IMG/VR virus record: IMGVR_UViG_3300042544_003795
Location: 106,054 to 170,053 of that record
Reading direction: 5' to 3' (one strand)
Source of the DNA: a virus
Length of the DNA stretch: 64,000 bases
Part shown: positions 39,037 through 52,700 of the stretch, piece after piece
How positions within the stretch are numbered: the first letter of the stretch is position 1
Layout: each line of letters begins with the position of its first letter
Position numbers and translations under genes: made by a program
The notes under the pieces: generated by a model
Databases searched by the model: none
Told to the model about the DNA's origin: nothing
Seen by the model: only the letters and a program-made list of their open reading frames with translations

Positions 39037-40733
39037 TATATTAATATGTTATCACTTTCAATTTTCTTTGTATAATAGTAATCAAAAGTAGCATTGAATG
39101 TGTTTTCGAAAGGATTAAAAGTATAATTCATATTTTTCAAAAAAACATTTTCAGCATAAACTCCCGATATAACTGTAGGTTTTTCAACTTTAGTAAAACA
39201 CTCTGTTAAGTAATCTTCTATTTGTAAATTAGGTTTGCCTATAATTTTTATGGAATTAGAATAGGAACCTTCTGAAGATTGTCCAGCTGATTGAATTATT
39301 TCATTTGAATTCGGCACAAGAAATTTATTATAAATGTGAACAGGTTTACTGTCTGAAATAGAATTAGTACAAAGAATAAAATTAGAATTTTCAGAATAAT
39401 AAGATGGATTATTTGAATAAGTATTACTATAAGAAATTTCGCCATCAAACTCCTTGTAAGAAGTCGATTTATTATTTAAATAAAAATTGCCAGTTGGTTT
39501 GCATAAAAATTTATTTACTTTACTAGCCAAAGAAAATGTTCCACTTATTCTAGAGTAAATTTCTGGATAGCCTCCTGTGTAACCCGATAGTGCTAGATTA
39601 AATCTTTTTTCTTTATTTTGTGATCTACCTATATAAGAACCATTCTCTTCTATAGTGAAATAACCGTCTTCGTCTTTAGATGAAGATCTGGAATTGTTAA
39701 ATATATAACCTGAATTTAAATATTGAGGATCATTAGTGTAAGAATAATTATATTGAACAGTTCCTTCTAATGGGTCTTCTTGTAAAGTTTTAGAAATTTC
39801 TGGATAAATCAAACTACAGGTTCCTGTATAAACATTCTGAAATCCTGTAATCAAATTAAAAGAACCTGATACTCTTTCATAAATTCCTGTTCTAACTGTA
39901 TCCCATCTTGTTCTTGCTCCCATTAAGTTTCTTTCTATACCATCTCCACTAAATAAAATAGATTTTAAAGTTCCATTCTCTGAGGCTACTATATTATTAC
40001 CATTGAAATCTACTGAATGAGAAAATTCCCATGTCGCTGAATTATTATTATCATAATAACTTCTTTTAGTAAGTGAATACTCATTGTTAATAGTATCACA
40101 ACTTTCATTTGAATATGTTATATATCCGCTATAAATATTTCCAGTTATAATAGATGGAAATATACTTTCGATTCCTATATTCGGAATTCTATATTGAGAA
40201 AATCCTGAGAATATTTTATTTTTTAAATTTATTCTTGAATTTAAATCTAAAGGACTATCAATAGAAACAGAAATTTCTTGAGCTGTTTCTTGAATACCAT
40301 TCGCATTCATTGAAATTGAAAATGATTCGTCTATAGATTTAACATATTTAAAATCGTTTTGAAAAATGCTTTTATCTATTTCTAGATAATTATTGCCAGT
40401 TAAATTATATAGATTGCCAGAAGAGGGAATTTCAAAATTTAATGAAAAAACTTTATATTGCAAATCATTTCCTTCCTCCCAATTTAAAGAAGTTATTTTT
40501 CCTGTACCCAAATTAATACCATGCAATACAAAACTAGAATATCCAAATCCTGATTCTATAATATTTTTCATGCCTGTATATGCTACAGAAATAGAATTTA
40601 AATTGGAATCTCCTGTTACTCTAGATCTTATAGAATAACTATCCAATGATGAGAAACAGAATATATTTCCTAAAAAATTAAAAGTTTTACTAAAAGAAAG
40701 AGATTCTATATCATTGAAATATAAAGTATTCAT
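39036..40733 (-). CDS. Tail protein immediately after the TMP (distal-tail/hub-like)
   Basis: Position; internally repeated beta-rich units; N-terminus similar to that of 35674..39036. Confidence 0.55.
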   Translation of the reverse strand: MNTLYFNDIESLSFSKTFNFLGNIFCFSSLDSYSIRSRVTGDSNLNSISVAYTGMKNIIESGFGYSSFVLHGINLGTGKITSLNWEEGNDLQYKVFSLNFEIPSSGNLYNLTGNNYLEIDKSIFQNDFKYVKSIDESFSISMNANGIQETAQEISVSIDSPLDLNSRINLKNKIFSGFSQYRIPNIGIESIFPSIITGNIYSGYITYSNESCDTINNEYSLTKRSYYDNNNSATWEFSHSVDFNGNNIVASENGTLKSILFSGDGIERNLMGARTRWDTVRTGIYERVSGSFNLITGFQNVYTGTCSLIYPEISKTLQEDPLEGTVQYNYSYTNDPQYLNSGYIFNNSRSSSKDEDGYFTIEENGSYIGRSQNKEKRFNLALSGYTGGYPEIYSRISGTFSLASKVNKFLCKPTGNFYLNNKSTSYKEFDGEISYSNTYSNNPSYYSENSNFILCTNSISDSKPVHIYNKFLVPNSNEIIQSAGQSSEGSYSNSIKIIGKPNLQIEDYLTECFTKVEKPTVISGVYAENVFLKNMNYTFNPFENTFNATFDYYYTKKIESDNILI

Positions 40734-40756
40734 TTACTTAATATATACACTCCATT

Positions 40757-43700
40757 CTAACCTGTTGTTGCTGGAGGCGCTTTGGTAGGAGGAGCAGCTG
40801 GAGGCGGTTTCCCCGCTGCACTAGCCACTTCTCTATTATGCTGTTCAACCATACCTATAATAGATGGTTTTAATTTTTCTATCATTTCAGGTGTAATCCC
40901 TTCTCCTGTTATATTCACACTTATCTGAGATGTAGTATTTACATTCGTAGTATTTACAACTCCTTGAGCACCTTGAGCGTTTTGACCTTCAGCTGCACCT
41001 TCTGTCGCGGCTCCTTGAGCATTAGTAAGTCCAGTCACAGCATCTACAAGAGGTTTTATAACTGCTCCTAGTTTATTCTCTTCCTCTTTTGTTTGAGCTA
41101 TTTGTTTTTCTATTTGAGCTTTTTTACTCTTTTCATCTTTTACGTTTCCAACATTATTTAAATCTTCAAAAGTTTGACCTTCTTTTTTTGGTATAACTTT
41201 ATTATAAGCATTTTTCAAAGCTCCACCTGTTTGTTCATCGGCCTCCTCTGCTGTAACCTCTCCTCGTATAAACTTATTAATGAAATCTGATTTTTTTCCG
41301 TCATTATCCGGCCCCATATCAGCCATTGCTTCAAAGCCTACTTTACTTCTATCTCTTCTTTTCGCCTCTATATCTGCTATATTTTTATTTATAGGATCTA
41401 ACTGAGCTTCTTGATCTTGTCTCTCTACAACTTTAGCATTATAAGCTTGAACTTTTTTCTTGTCTTCTGGTTTTTGTATTTGATCCATGATAACAGGAGC
41501 TACTTGACCTTTAAATAGTTCATTGTTTATAGCTCCCATGTTCTGATCTGTAGCCCGAGCTACATCTTCAGTACCTTTTTTTACTTCACCTCTTAATTGG
41601 GTTTCTTTTTCAGTATTTTTAGCTTTAGCCTGTAGCTCTTTCATTCTCTCTCTTTTCACTATATCCAAACCATCTTGTGGATCTGCTAATATTTTTGTAT
41701 CAGTCGCTTCTCTTGATTCTAATTCAGTTTTTCTAGCAATCTGTCCTTCACTAAGAGGCCCCATACGATCTAACTCCCTTAAATCTTGAAGCTCTAATTT
41801 ATTGTCTTTAGCTTCTTTTCTAGTGTCTAATGTTTTTGCATCTGTAGCCTCTGTTAATTCTAATTGTTCTTTTCTTTTTTTATCACTATCAGTAAGAGTT
41901 CCGTAAGGCTCTTTAGCTCTTAAAATATTAAGTTCTTTTCTATTACTTTCAGCTTTATCAAAACTTCTAGTTTCATCTTCAAGACCAGTAAGTTCTGTTT
42001 TTTCGTCTGCTGTAAGAGTTTTTCCTTTAAGAGAATCTAACTCAGTTTTCTTTTTATCTAATTTTTCTATTTTTGCAGCTACACCTTGTAAATTTTTATC
42101 TTTGCTACCTTTCAATTTAGCTACATAAGAAGCTCTTACTTTAGCAGGATCTTTAGCATCAGCTTTCTTTTGGGCCTCAGCTATCAATTGATCTTCTGAT
42201 AAAGTTTTTTCATCTGTTTCTATTCCTTTTCTTAAGTCCGCTATTTTACCTTTAGGATCTAGTCTTGCTTTAAATTCTCCAAGTTTTTTCTTTTTATCTC
42301 GTATATCTTTAGGGTTTACTCCTTTCCATGGTTCGAAATCCGAATAACTTGTTAGCTCCATATCAGCTGAAGATGTAGCCTCTAGTTCCGCCTTTCTTTT
42401 TTGTGATTGTTCGGAAAGATTAGGTATCTTATTCAATGCTTCTAGTTCTTTTATATTACTGACAGATTTATCGTAAGCTGTAGTTTCTTTTTCTAAACTG
42501 GTAAATTGATTTGCTTCATCAGCAGAAAGCGGATTAACTTTCTCAAGAGATTTGATTTCATCTTTTTTAGCTTGTATTCCTTTTTTTAATTCTTCTGGAT
42601 CTCTTGGTGGTCCGACTCCTCTTCTAGATTGCAATAATTCAAGATAACCTTTTGGATCTGCCATTTGAGCTTGAGCAGTAACACTTTTTATTTTATTATC
42701 AAGATCAATTTCTTTTTTAGCAGCCATATTAGCTTTCAAAGACTCTTCTTCTTTTTTTCTTTCTTCTGGTGTTAATGGAGTTAATTGCTCTTTTCCATCC
42801 TTTCCTTTCCTCATCACTCCGTTTTTAAGGTAATCTTGATTCTTTTTTATATTTTCGTCTATTTGCGCAGCATCTTGTAAAGGAGCTGTTCCTCTTTGTT
42901 TCTCTAAAGATTTTAAATATTGAACCGGATCTTCAGCCAATCCAGCTTTTACTCTTGCTGTTTCAGATTTATTTTTTATTCTAGCCGCAGTATTTTCAGC
43001 TTTATCTGATTTAAAACCGGCTAACTGTTCTTGTGCTTTTTTTACTTCCTCGGGAGACATTTTAACTCTTTCGATTTTTCCATCTTTACCTTGTACCTGT
43101 CTCCCTTCTCTCAAGTCTTCCTCAACTCTTTGAATTCTCTCATCATCTTTTTTACCATCTCCTAAAACTTTTGCTGTCTCTTCTAATCCCTGAAGTCTTT
43201 TTACATTTATATCTGTTTCTTGAGGAGTTTTACTTTTTGTTTTAGCTGGTAATACAGCATCTTGAGTTAAAAATTTAGAACTTTCAGTATTGTAACTTTC
43301 AGCAGCAGATATAGCGGCATCTATTCTTTCTCTCTTCGCGGCTAAAGTGGTATCAGATCTTTCTATTTCTTTTTCAAAATTTCGACCCGCATCTTTTTTT
43401 CTTTTAGTTAAATTACTTATCTGATTATCCTCCAGAGTAGTATCTAAACCCTGTTTAGCTTTTGCATCTTTTTTAGCTTGAGCCTCTTTAATTCTTTTTT
43501 CCACTGATACCTCATCCTCTTTAAAAGAGAATCCAGAGCTTTCTACTTGTGAAATATAAGCATTTCTAGCTGAGATTTCTTCTCTCGATCTATCGTTTCC
43601 TCCTTCATCCATTAGAGTAGATGCTTTTAAATTTTCAAAATCAGTTTCTGTAGCTTTTCCGCTTTTCATCCTTTCTTGAAAACTTACTAGATCATCCATT

Positions 43701-46700
43701 ACAAAATCTTGTTTAAGTGTGGCAGCTGTACCAGTATTTATTGTTCTCTGGTAATTTAAAGGAGTTTTTATTTTTTCAACAGCTTTTTGATTATCTATAA
43801 TTCTTTGTGGTTCACCTGCCTCTGCTACACTTCTTTCTTGTCTAAGCTGTACGTTTTTCGCTTTTTCAGCTTCAAAACTTTTATAATCTTGTGTTTGAGT
43901 TACCGCAGCTGATCTTCTTAATATATCAGCTTGTTCTGACCCTCTACCAGTTAATGATTTTGCAGTTATATTAGCTGTCGAGCTTGCATAATTAGGCATA
44001 GCGGCGGAGCTAGGATTCATTGATGTGTTAGTTGCTGCAACACCACTACTAGGAACAGTTGTAACACCAGCTCCAGCTACGCTAGGAACCGTTGGAACAC
44101 TGGCTCCAGCTACGCTAGGAACAGTTGTAACGCCAGCTCCAGCTACGCTAGGAACCGTTGGAACACCAGCTCCAGCTACGTTAGGAACCACTGGGAATCC
44201 AGCTCCAGCTGCGCCTGCACTCGCAGCTATTGGAACATTTGCTCCGGCTGAAGCTGCCATTTGGTTATTATTAGCAAAAATGCTATTTACTCCACCAACT
44301 CCTTTTATTTCTCTAGCAAAACTTTGAACAGTAGAATCTTGAAAATAAGGATTATTAAATTTTTCATCTAACATTCTTTTAGATTCATCTGCTCCTGATC
44401 CTCCTATCTGTATACCTTCTGTAATTTTTTTTATAGATGCATCGGAAAAAATACTACCTTGATTAGATTTTGCTCTAGCCTTATTTAAATCCCTCAATTT
44501 TTGGCCTATATCATCTGCCATAGTTTTTTGCAACTGTGCTTTCCCGGATCTTTCCTCGTTAGTTCTTTTAACTACATTATCTTTGCCGTATCTTTCAGCT
44601 TGAGCTTGTTCATCTTCATATTTAATTCTATCATTCTGCATCTCTAAATTTGATGCTTCGACTAATAATTTTCTTCCTGTTTCAGTCTCTCCTCCGCCTG
44701 ATCTTTCAGCTTTATCTCTTAATTTTTGTATTTTAGCATCTGTCTCTAATACTGCCCCAGTATTCATAAGTTTTTTAGTATATTGAGGGGGACCAGCTAA
44801 AGCACTTTTACCTATCTCAGCTAAATTCCTTCTTTGAGATTCTTTTAACTGGTCTTGAGATATTGTATTTATAGATCTTAAGCCATCGGCTTGATCTATT
44901 CTTAATTTTTCTATACCTAGTACAACTTCTTGATTTATATCAGCTATTTGGGATAAGATTTCTTTTGAGCCATCTGATGATCCTAAACTTTGCTTTATAA
45001 GACCTTCTAAAGATGAAAGATCTCCCCCTCCTTTTAATACAGAACTAGCTTGATTAAGAATATTTGATCTTTGTTCTATAGAAGCATTTTTTGGAATTAA
45101 TGCTGTAAGCTGCTCCACTGCTTTAGAAACTATTTCAGTGCCTTTCTTTTCAGCATCTAAATTTAAGTCTTTTGTTTGAAGACTAGCTTGTCTATTTATA
45201 CCCTCAGCTTCAGTAATTCTTCCCGATGCTCTATCCGAGTCTAGTCTGCTTTTTTCTATTGATAAATTAGTTCCCGCTGTTGAAAAATTCTTATAGTTTA
45301 TCAATGCTGTATCTAAAGTTAAACCTTTCAATCCTTCATCAAAAACTTTTTGGAAGTCTAAGCTAAACCCTTGTATTCCTGTTTGCACAGTGTCATTCAG
45401 ATTTTTATTAAAAGTCAAAAGCGCAGCTGCATATTTATCCATACTTTGTATAGAGCTATCTGTGAATTCTTTATTTAAATCTCCATAAGTTTTACTCGCC
45501 ATTTTTACTTGAGACTCAGTTAGTCCTAACTCTGAACCGAATTGAGTTATAAAATCTCCCATACTTAAAGTCCCATTCCCCAATTTATCTATAGCCTCTG
45601 AAGCTTCTTTGGATTTAACTTTAGTAAAATCTATACTATCAATAATAGGATTTAAAAATGTGTCAAAATCTTCTGTTTTGAAATCTGAAGTTTTAGTTTT
45701 GTTGCCAAAAACACTAACATTTTCTTCTCTAGATTTCTTTATTATCTCAGAAGTAACCAAATTCCCTTGACTAAAATTCAGATCTTTACTCTTCTTTTCT
45801 TGAAAATTTGCTATAGCTTCTTGTTTTTTTAAATCACTTTTTTCATTTAATATCGTAGAAATTAATTCCGGATCTTTAATCCCTCCTAATGATTTAGCAA
45901 ATGTGGATTGAGCTTTAGCTATCTTTTTTGGATCTCCTCCTGAAGTTTTTAATTCAGAAATTTCATTTTGAGATTTAATAGCTTCTTGCAAAGAAGTAAT
46001 TTGAGATTCAGTGGATTGAATTAATTTTTGGTTGTTATTAGTCAATTCCAATGTAGATGGAACAGCAGCTTTAGTAGCTTTAGTGGCATAATTAAAAGCC
46101 CCTGCGAGAACCCCTACAATAGGGGCAATAGGAGCTAGAGCCGGAACCATAGCTACCATCATTGCGGCTGAAGCTCCAGCTGCGATAGATTCTCCTATAT
46201 TCTGAACCTCCTTTTGAGCCTTTGTTTGCTCTTTTCCTTCCTCCGGCGTTGAAAACATCCCAGTTACAGTAGAAGCAGTAAAGGCTAATCCCATCATTTT
46301 TGCATTGATAGCTCCAGCTTTTGCTGCTCTTTTCTCTTTTTTCTCTTGTTTGAGTTCTTGCGGAGTTTTTGTTACTTTATTATCTGAATCGGGTAGATCT
46401 CCGCCCATAGGCATTCCTCCTCCCGCAGGCATTGCTCCTTGTTTCCCCCCCCCTTGTTGACCTCCTCCTTGCAAAATTCCACCTTTCTGGTTCGCGTTTA
46501 GTTCTTTTTGTTTAGCAAAATCAGCTTTGTATTCTTTTCTTATTGAACGTGATTCATTGTTTACGCTTCGTAATCTATTAGCTTTAGCTTTTCTTGCATC
46601 TTTTTCTACTTGAAATCTGTTCTCTATTTGAGTTCTTGGAAAACTTTGCATCCCTTTTCCTGCCCCTTGTATACCTTTCGTAGGTAAAATCGGAGATCCA

Positions 46701-49700
46701 AGCTTACCTCCGGGAGTCATAATCCCAGCTGCCACTGATCTATTGTAAAGTCTATCAGCTCTGATAGAGTCTGCTTTTCTATTCCTTTCTTCTGATCCTA
46801 CAATTTGACCATCTCTATTTCTGAACAATTTGCTTTGCCCTTGTCCTCCTTTTTTAAATGTATTTTCAACACCTTTCGCTCCTACTCTTCTTTTATTAAT
46901 TCTATCTTGAGTAAGATTTTTTAATATCTCTTTTCTACTTACAAACTGGTTCTGTGCTGTAAGAGTCGGCTGATATCTCCCCGGAGCTTGAGGTAGTTTA
47001 GCCATCTGCGCTTTAGCATTAGTGTAGTCAATTTTTATATTTCTCCTTTTTCTATCAGCATTAGCTTTAGCATCTCTTTTAGCTTGATCTTGAGGGGAAA
47101 TGCCTGCTTTTTTGATAGGCGCAGCATTTGTGCGAGAAGCTTTTTTTTCGGCTTCAGCAGCTTTTCTTTTAGCTTGGTTTCTTTGAAAAATTTCTCTTGT
47201 AGCTTGAAAAGATCCTCCTAAACCTGATCTTAGACTACTGGGCAAAGCAGGTCTAGCTCTTACGGCTGCTACTTTTTGTTGAGCAGCTTGAGTTTTATCT
47301 TTTTTTTCCTGATCCTTGTCTGCATTCTTTTGTTTTGCTTCATTTCTTTTCCTTATTTTCTTTAAAGCTCTTTTCTCTTTGGGAGTCGCAAAATTAGGAA
47401 TGAAACCTTCAGAAGAGGAATTAGGATTTTCTCTTGAAAAGCGAGAGCTTAAATAATCATCCACAGTTGGCACTATAACGCTCAAAGCTGTTCTGAGAGA
47501 AGGTAGATTGGCTCTTTGGACTGATGTTAATAGATTTCCTGTACTATATTGAACTTGATCTAAAACTTTTTTAAAAAATTCTATTTCATCAGAAGAAATG
47601 TCGGGAGCTCCATCTATTTGAGATATAAGAAGTGATAAAGCATTTGTAGAAGTAGGAGTATTTAGCATACTTCTAATTTTTAAAGCCAATGGACTATTAG
47701 CCGCAGTTTTTACTTTAGAGGCTCCTTGTCTTACCCTGTTCATTAATGAGGGTCTACGAACAGGAATTTCAAAATTAGGAATAAAACCAAAAGCTGAAGT
47801 TCTGCTTACCAATCCGCTTGAACTATCTCCATAAGTTCTTTTTGTTGTAGGCTCTATTTTCGCCATTTTGGCGAAACTCATCCCCTTGGATAAAGTCTTT
47901 TCGTCCTTGTTAAAAACTGCAAGACCTTTTGGGTTAGATTTTGTTTTTAAACTAGCTCTTCTCCCAATCTTAACATCTTTTCTTTCAAAACCCGCACTCA
48001 TTTCCGCGTTTACGGATTCATTTAAAGCTTTTCTTTCTTGTGCATAAGGAATTTTTGCAGGGGAAAGCCGAGAAAAGAAATTAGGAATAAAGCCTTTTGC
48101 AAAAGAAGTCGGTTTACCTCTCAATCCTAATCCTTGAATACTATATCCTCTACCTCTTTTTTTATTTGGATTTTTAGAACCCCTTATATCGTCACTTTTT
48201 TCGTCAAATCTTTTCGATAGGGGAATTAAATTTCCGTCATCATCATACTCTACTAAAGCAGCTGATTTGATTTGTGAGGCATTCGGAACAACTAGCTCAG
48301 AAGACATAGTTTTTTCTTGAAGTGTTCTTCCTGCTATTCCCCTTATTGAGTCATAGGGTATTTTACCCTCCTTCATTAAAATAGCTGTACCTATTTTGTA
48401 TTTTTCATTTTTTGCACTTCTTGATCTTAAAGTGGAAAGAAGCAATGAACGATTACTAATTTTAGCTATTTCTTCAGGACTTAAGTGGCCGTATTTGCCG
48501 AGTTTAGCGTAAGCATCATTGATAGCTATCTCATAATTGACTCTAGCATTTAAATAAGGCATAAACTCATCAGGCAAATTTCCCGTTAAAGGTTTTTGAG
48601 CTTTTACATATACTTCGTCTTTCCTAAATTGAACATCACTAGCTTTTAATCCTAATGCTTTGAGTCTGTCTTCATGTGGTTTTGAATTTACAGATACATC
48701 TGACCCACCAATAGATAAAGAAGCATCTTCAGCAGTATAATATCCCGGACCAAAATTTAGATCTTTAATCTCTGAACGCAACGGAACCCCTTTATTATAA
48801 AAACCTAATCTAACCCCTTTTCTATTGTATGGGGAATCTTGAGCTTCTTTTTCAACCATCTTCTTCAAAAGATCTGTATTATTTTTCTCTACAGCTTCTT
48901 TATACATTTTATCTTTTTCTGAAGAGAAATCAAAAGCTGGAGTTTTACTTATTTTAGCTAAACTAGATTCAACTTTTTCTCTTCCGTATTTTGCAATTAA
49001 GAAGTCATAAGTTTTTCTATCTATATTTCTGGCAAGATTCTTTCCAGATTTTTTATTTCCAACAACGTCTCTAAAAAATGTTTTGTCGGAAGCAAGAGAA
49101 GGAGTTGCGAAATTAGGAATAAAACCTCTTGAATTAGTTTTTTTGCTATACTCATTAACTTGATTTTTTAAATTTGGATCAATTACATTTGTATATCCGG
49201 CATCTATAATAGTAGCTTTACCTCCAGATTTAACAAACTTGTCGTATAAATCCTGACTTGATTCAGGTACTTTATAGTACTTAACATAGTCCTTAAGCAA
49301 ATTATTTTTATTTTCTTCAATAAATTTTCGACCTTGAGGATTTAAAGTATAATTGGCCCCATGAAGGTCATCCATTTCCAACCCAGCTTTTTTTAATCGG
49401 GCTTGCAAAATACGCCCGAAAACTCCAGAAGCCGCTATACCAACAGAGTCACGAGCCATTGGTTCTTTAATGATCTCTTTCCGAATGCTTTTAGCTCGCA
49501 ATGCTCTTTCTAAATTATCTGGAATTTTAGGTCCTGTAATTCCGTCAACTAGTCTTTTTTCAGCTAATAATTTTGATACTGTAAACTCATCTGTTATTGT
49601 TTTTGGTAAATTAGATTCAGATTTGACGTTTGCTGTTTTTGTGTCTTTTTTTGTTTCAAATCCTGCAAAAATTCCAGCTGACGAAGAGGGTTTTCTATTA

Positions 49701-52700
49701 TAAAATCTTTTTACCCCTATATCCTTAGTTAATCTATGAAATGTTCCTTCTGCTCCGCCACCCATAAAAGAAGATTGGAGTGCAAAATTAGGAATAAATC
49801 CTTCAGAAGCGGACATACCTTTAGATCTGGGATCTATACCTTCTTTTTTAGCTAAACCCATTCCATTAGCTAAAGTTCCTTCATACTTATTATAAGTGCC
49901 AAAACCTTCTGGATTAAAAGGAGTTCTTAAAGAAGGGTTTTTACCCATTCTTATTTTTCCGATAGGTATTCCAGCTTTAGCTTCTTTGGCTCTAGATTTC
50001 TTTTTGGCATTTTGAGTTTCTTTATAAGAAAGTTTTGAAGCAAAATTAGGAATAAAACCACTTGATAAAAAACGCTCTAAACCATTTTCTCTTAGCACTT
50101 GTTCTCTAGTCTTTTTTCTTCCTCCAGTGTTTCTCGGTTTATTATATCTTGCGGACAGAATAGCTTGAACCCGATCTTCATCAGATAAAGGAGCTATTTC
50201 ACTAACAGGCATATTTCTATCCTGTACATCAGTTGGTAATTGTCTTTCTGTTAGTATCTGTTGCTGAATTTTCTTATAACTGTTTGTAGTTTTCCTTGCT
50301 CTACTTCCTTGTCCTGCTAAATTAGCCGCCCATTCTTGAACTTTCCTTTCATCATCGGATAGAGGACCTGTTTCTATAGCAGGCATATCACTGTCCGGTA
50401 CACTCATCCTTTCAGGATAGGCATTCATTGTCATTCCAACTTCTTTACCCATGTTAGGTAGATCCCTCGCCCTAGTGGAGCCCTGAAAACGTAACTTTGG
50501 AATAACTATTTTAGGAACAATTCTTTTACCATTTACTATCTGTGTTAGAGGTCCGGCATTAGTTTGTCTACGAGTTATTGGATCAATATCATTTAAATCA
50601 GGGACAGCTATATAATTGGTTAATTTTATTCTGTCGTATTTATCTGGAACGCCTTCTGTAAAAAGGGGTAAAAGCATTGGACTTAACTCAGCTATATTTT
50701 CAGGAAGAAATCTCCCATATTTATCTCCAACTTTGGGAGCTGTCCAATCTCCAGCTTTAGCTTCAAGTAAAGAGATTTCTTTATTTTCTATAGAATCTAT
50801 TGAGAATGCATCGACTGCGTTATTGCCTTTATTAAATCCGGTGTTTCTAGTCGGAATAAATTTAGGGCCTACTTTTGTTTTATTGGCTTGCTGTATAGCG
50901 TATCTTTCAAAAACTCCAGTATAATCAGTTTGATCTACTTTGCCATCTTTTCTATTTTTATCTTTAAAGCGATAAGAATCTGGAGCAGATTGCAAAATTG
51001 AAGACATTAAATTTCTTCTTGAGCCCCCTTTATCAGGAATCTTAACTTGAACTTGTTCAAAAGAAATTGTACTAATTTTATCATCAAACTCAACATTTTT
51101 ATTGCCTCTAGACTGAGCTAAAGCAAATTGATTCGCAGCATTTACATTATTAGGTAAAAATTGTGATATATCTATATAATCATCAGATTCATCAATTTTA
51201 CTATTTAAATTAACATTCTTTTTACTCTTCGACTTAGGATTATTTATTGGTTCATCAATTATATCATCGACATAATCATCTGTTTGCAGAGCCTTGTACA
51301 TCCTAGTCGCTCTATCTAATATTCTACTTCCAGAATCAGATTCTTGTATTCTCTTTCTTTGTTTCCTAAGCGCTCGTATTTCGTCGGCTTGTTCTGGAGG
51401 GGTTATATTTTTTCCAACTGTATATATTTTTGGTGGAAGCTCTCCTAGCCGTCTATTTATTTTATCAATTGCTTTATTCTTTTTTAGAGAAGTTCTTCCC
51501 ATTGTTTTATCAATAAATGCGGTCCTATTTTGTATTTGAGGTAAATTAGCTATTAAAAGATCTTCTGACCCTCCCGCAGCTAATCTCCTAATTCCTTTTG
51601 TATCTCCTTCTCCAATTGCTTTTCTTAATTCAGTTCCACTTATACCCTCAGTCCTAGCGTCCTGCACCACTTGTAATCCCTTTTCTGTATATTTTGCGGT
51701 TTCATAGAGTCCCTTATCGTCACCTACTAATGCAATACTTCCGGGAGTAGGGCTTAGATATCTTCCGTCTGACACTTTAAAAACAGAAGGTATTCTACCT
51801 CTGAATTCGGAAGACGGAATAACTGTTGTTTTGGCTCCAGTCGCTTTTTTTATTAATTGTCTTCTAAGACCTATAGGAAAAACTGAGGTACGATAAGAAT
51901 GTTTATCGCCTTCCTTAAGTGTAGCTCCAGAACTAACTCCGAATACTATATTCTCTGGTTCGAAACCTAACGAACGAGCTTGTGTAAACATTTCCTTATG
52001 CCCTTCCGTAAATGGGGCAAAAGCTCCATATGCGAATGCAATTTTCTTCTTTTCAATATTAAGTTGTTTTTTAATTATAGATGTTTTATCACCTTCTCTT
52101 TGCAATCTTGCGACAGGAACACCTTTATTTTCAGCCACTGCGGCTATATAATTAGGGTCTTCAGGATTTTTTCCTACAGTTTCTAGTAATGATTTCCCAG
52201 ATCTACCTTGATTTGCTATTGGGTTATCACTAGCTGCTCTTTTTTTAGCAGACTTTATTTGATCTTCTCTGGATATTTGTAGAGAAATTAGCCTATCTAC
52301 TCCTCCGAAAAGTCCTTCTTGTAAACTCCTTTCAGCATTTGACTGGGAAGCTTTTGTAGCTACGACTTCATCAACTTTGTCAATGTCTGACTCTTGTAGA
52401 ATTGGTATTCGAGTCGTTTTTCTAAATTTACTATCATCGCTCTTTTTTGGTATGCCATATTTGTCTGCATTAAATGCAAGAGAAGTTTTTCCTGACCCCG
52501 GAGCACCATAAATTCCAGTAATTCTTTTTAAACCTCCGGTTTTTCTTTTTTGCATAGCATAATTACCTAAATGCTCCCAATACTCATGCGTTTTTGAGTT
52601 GCCAAGTCTTTCCATTTCTGAATTAACTATCTGTGCGTATTCAGGATTAGCTAAAACATCGCCATCTAATATACCAACTCTTCTAGTAATTTCTGCAAAA

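Noticed and set aside
44049-44212. 33-bp repeats as a CRISPR array
   Set aside because: Head-to-tail with no unique spacers, and in frame within the TMP.
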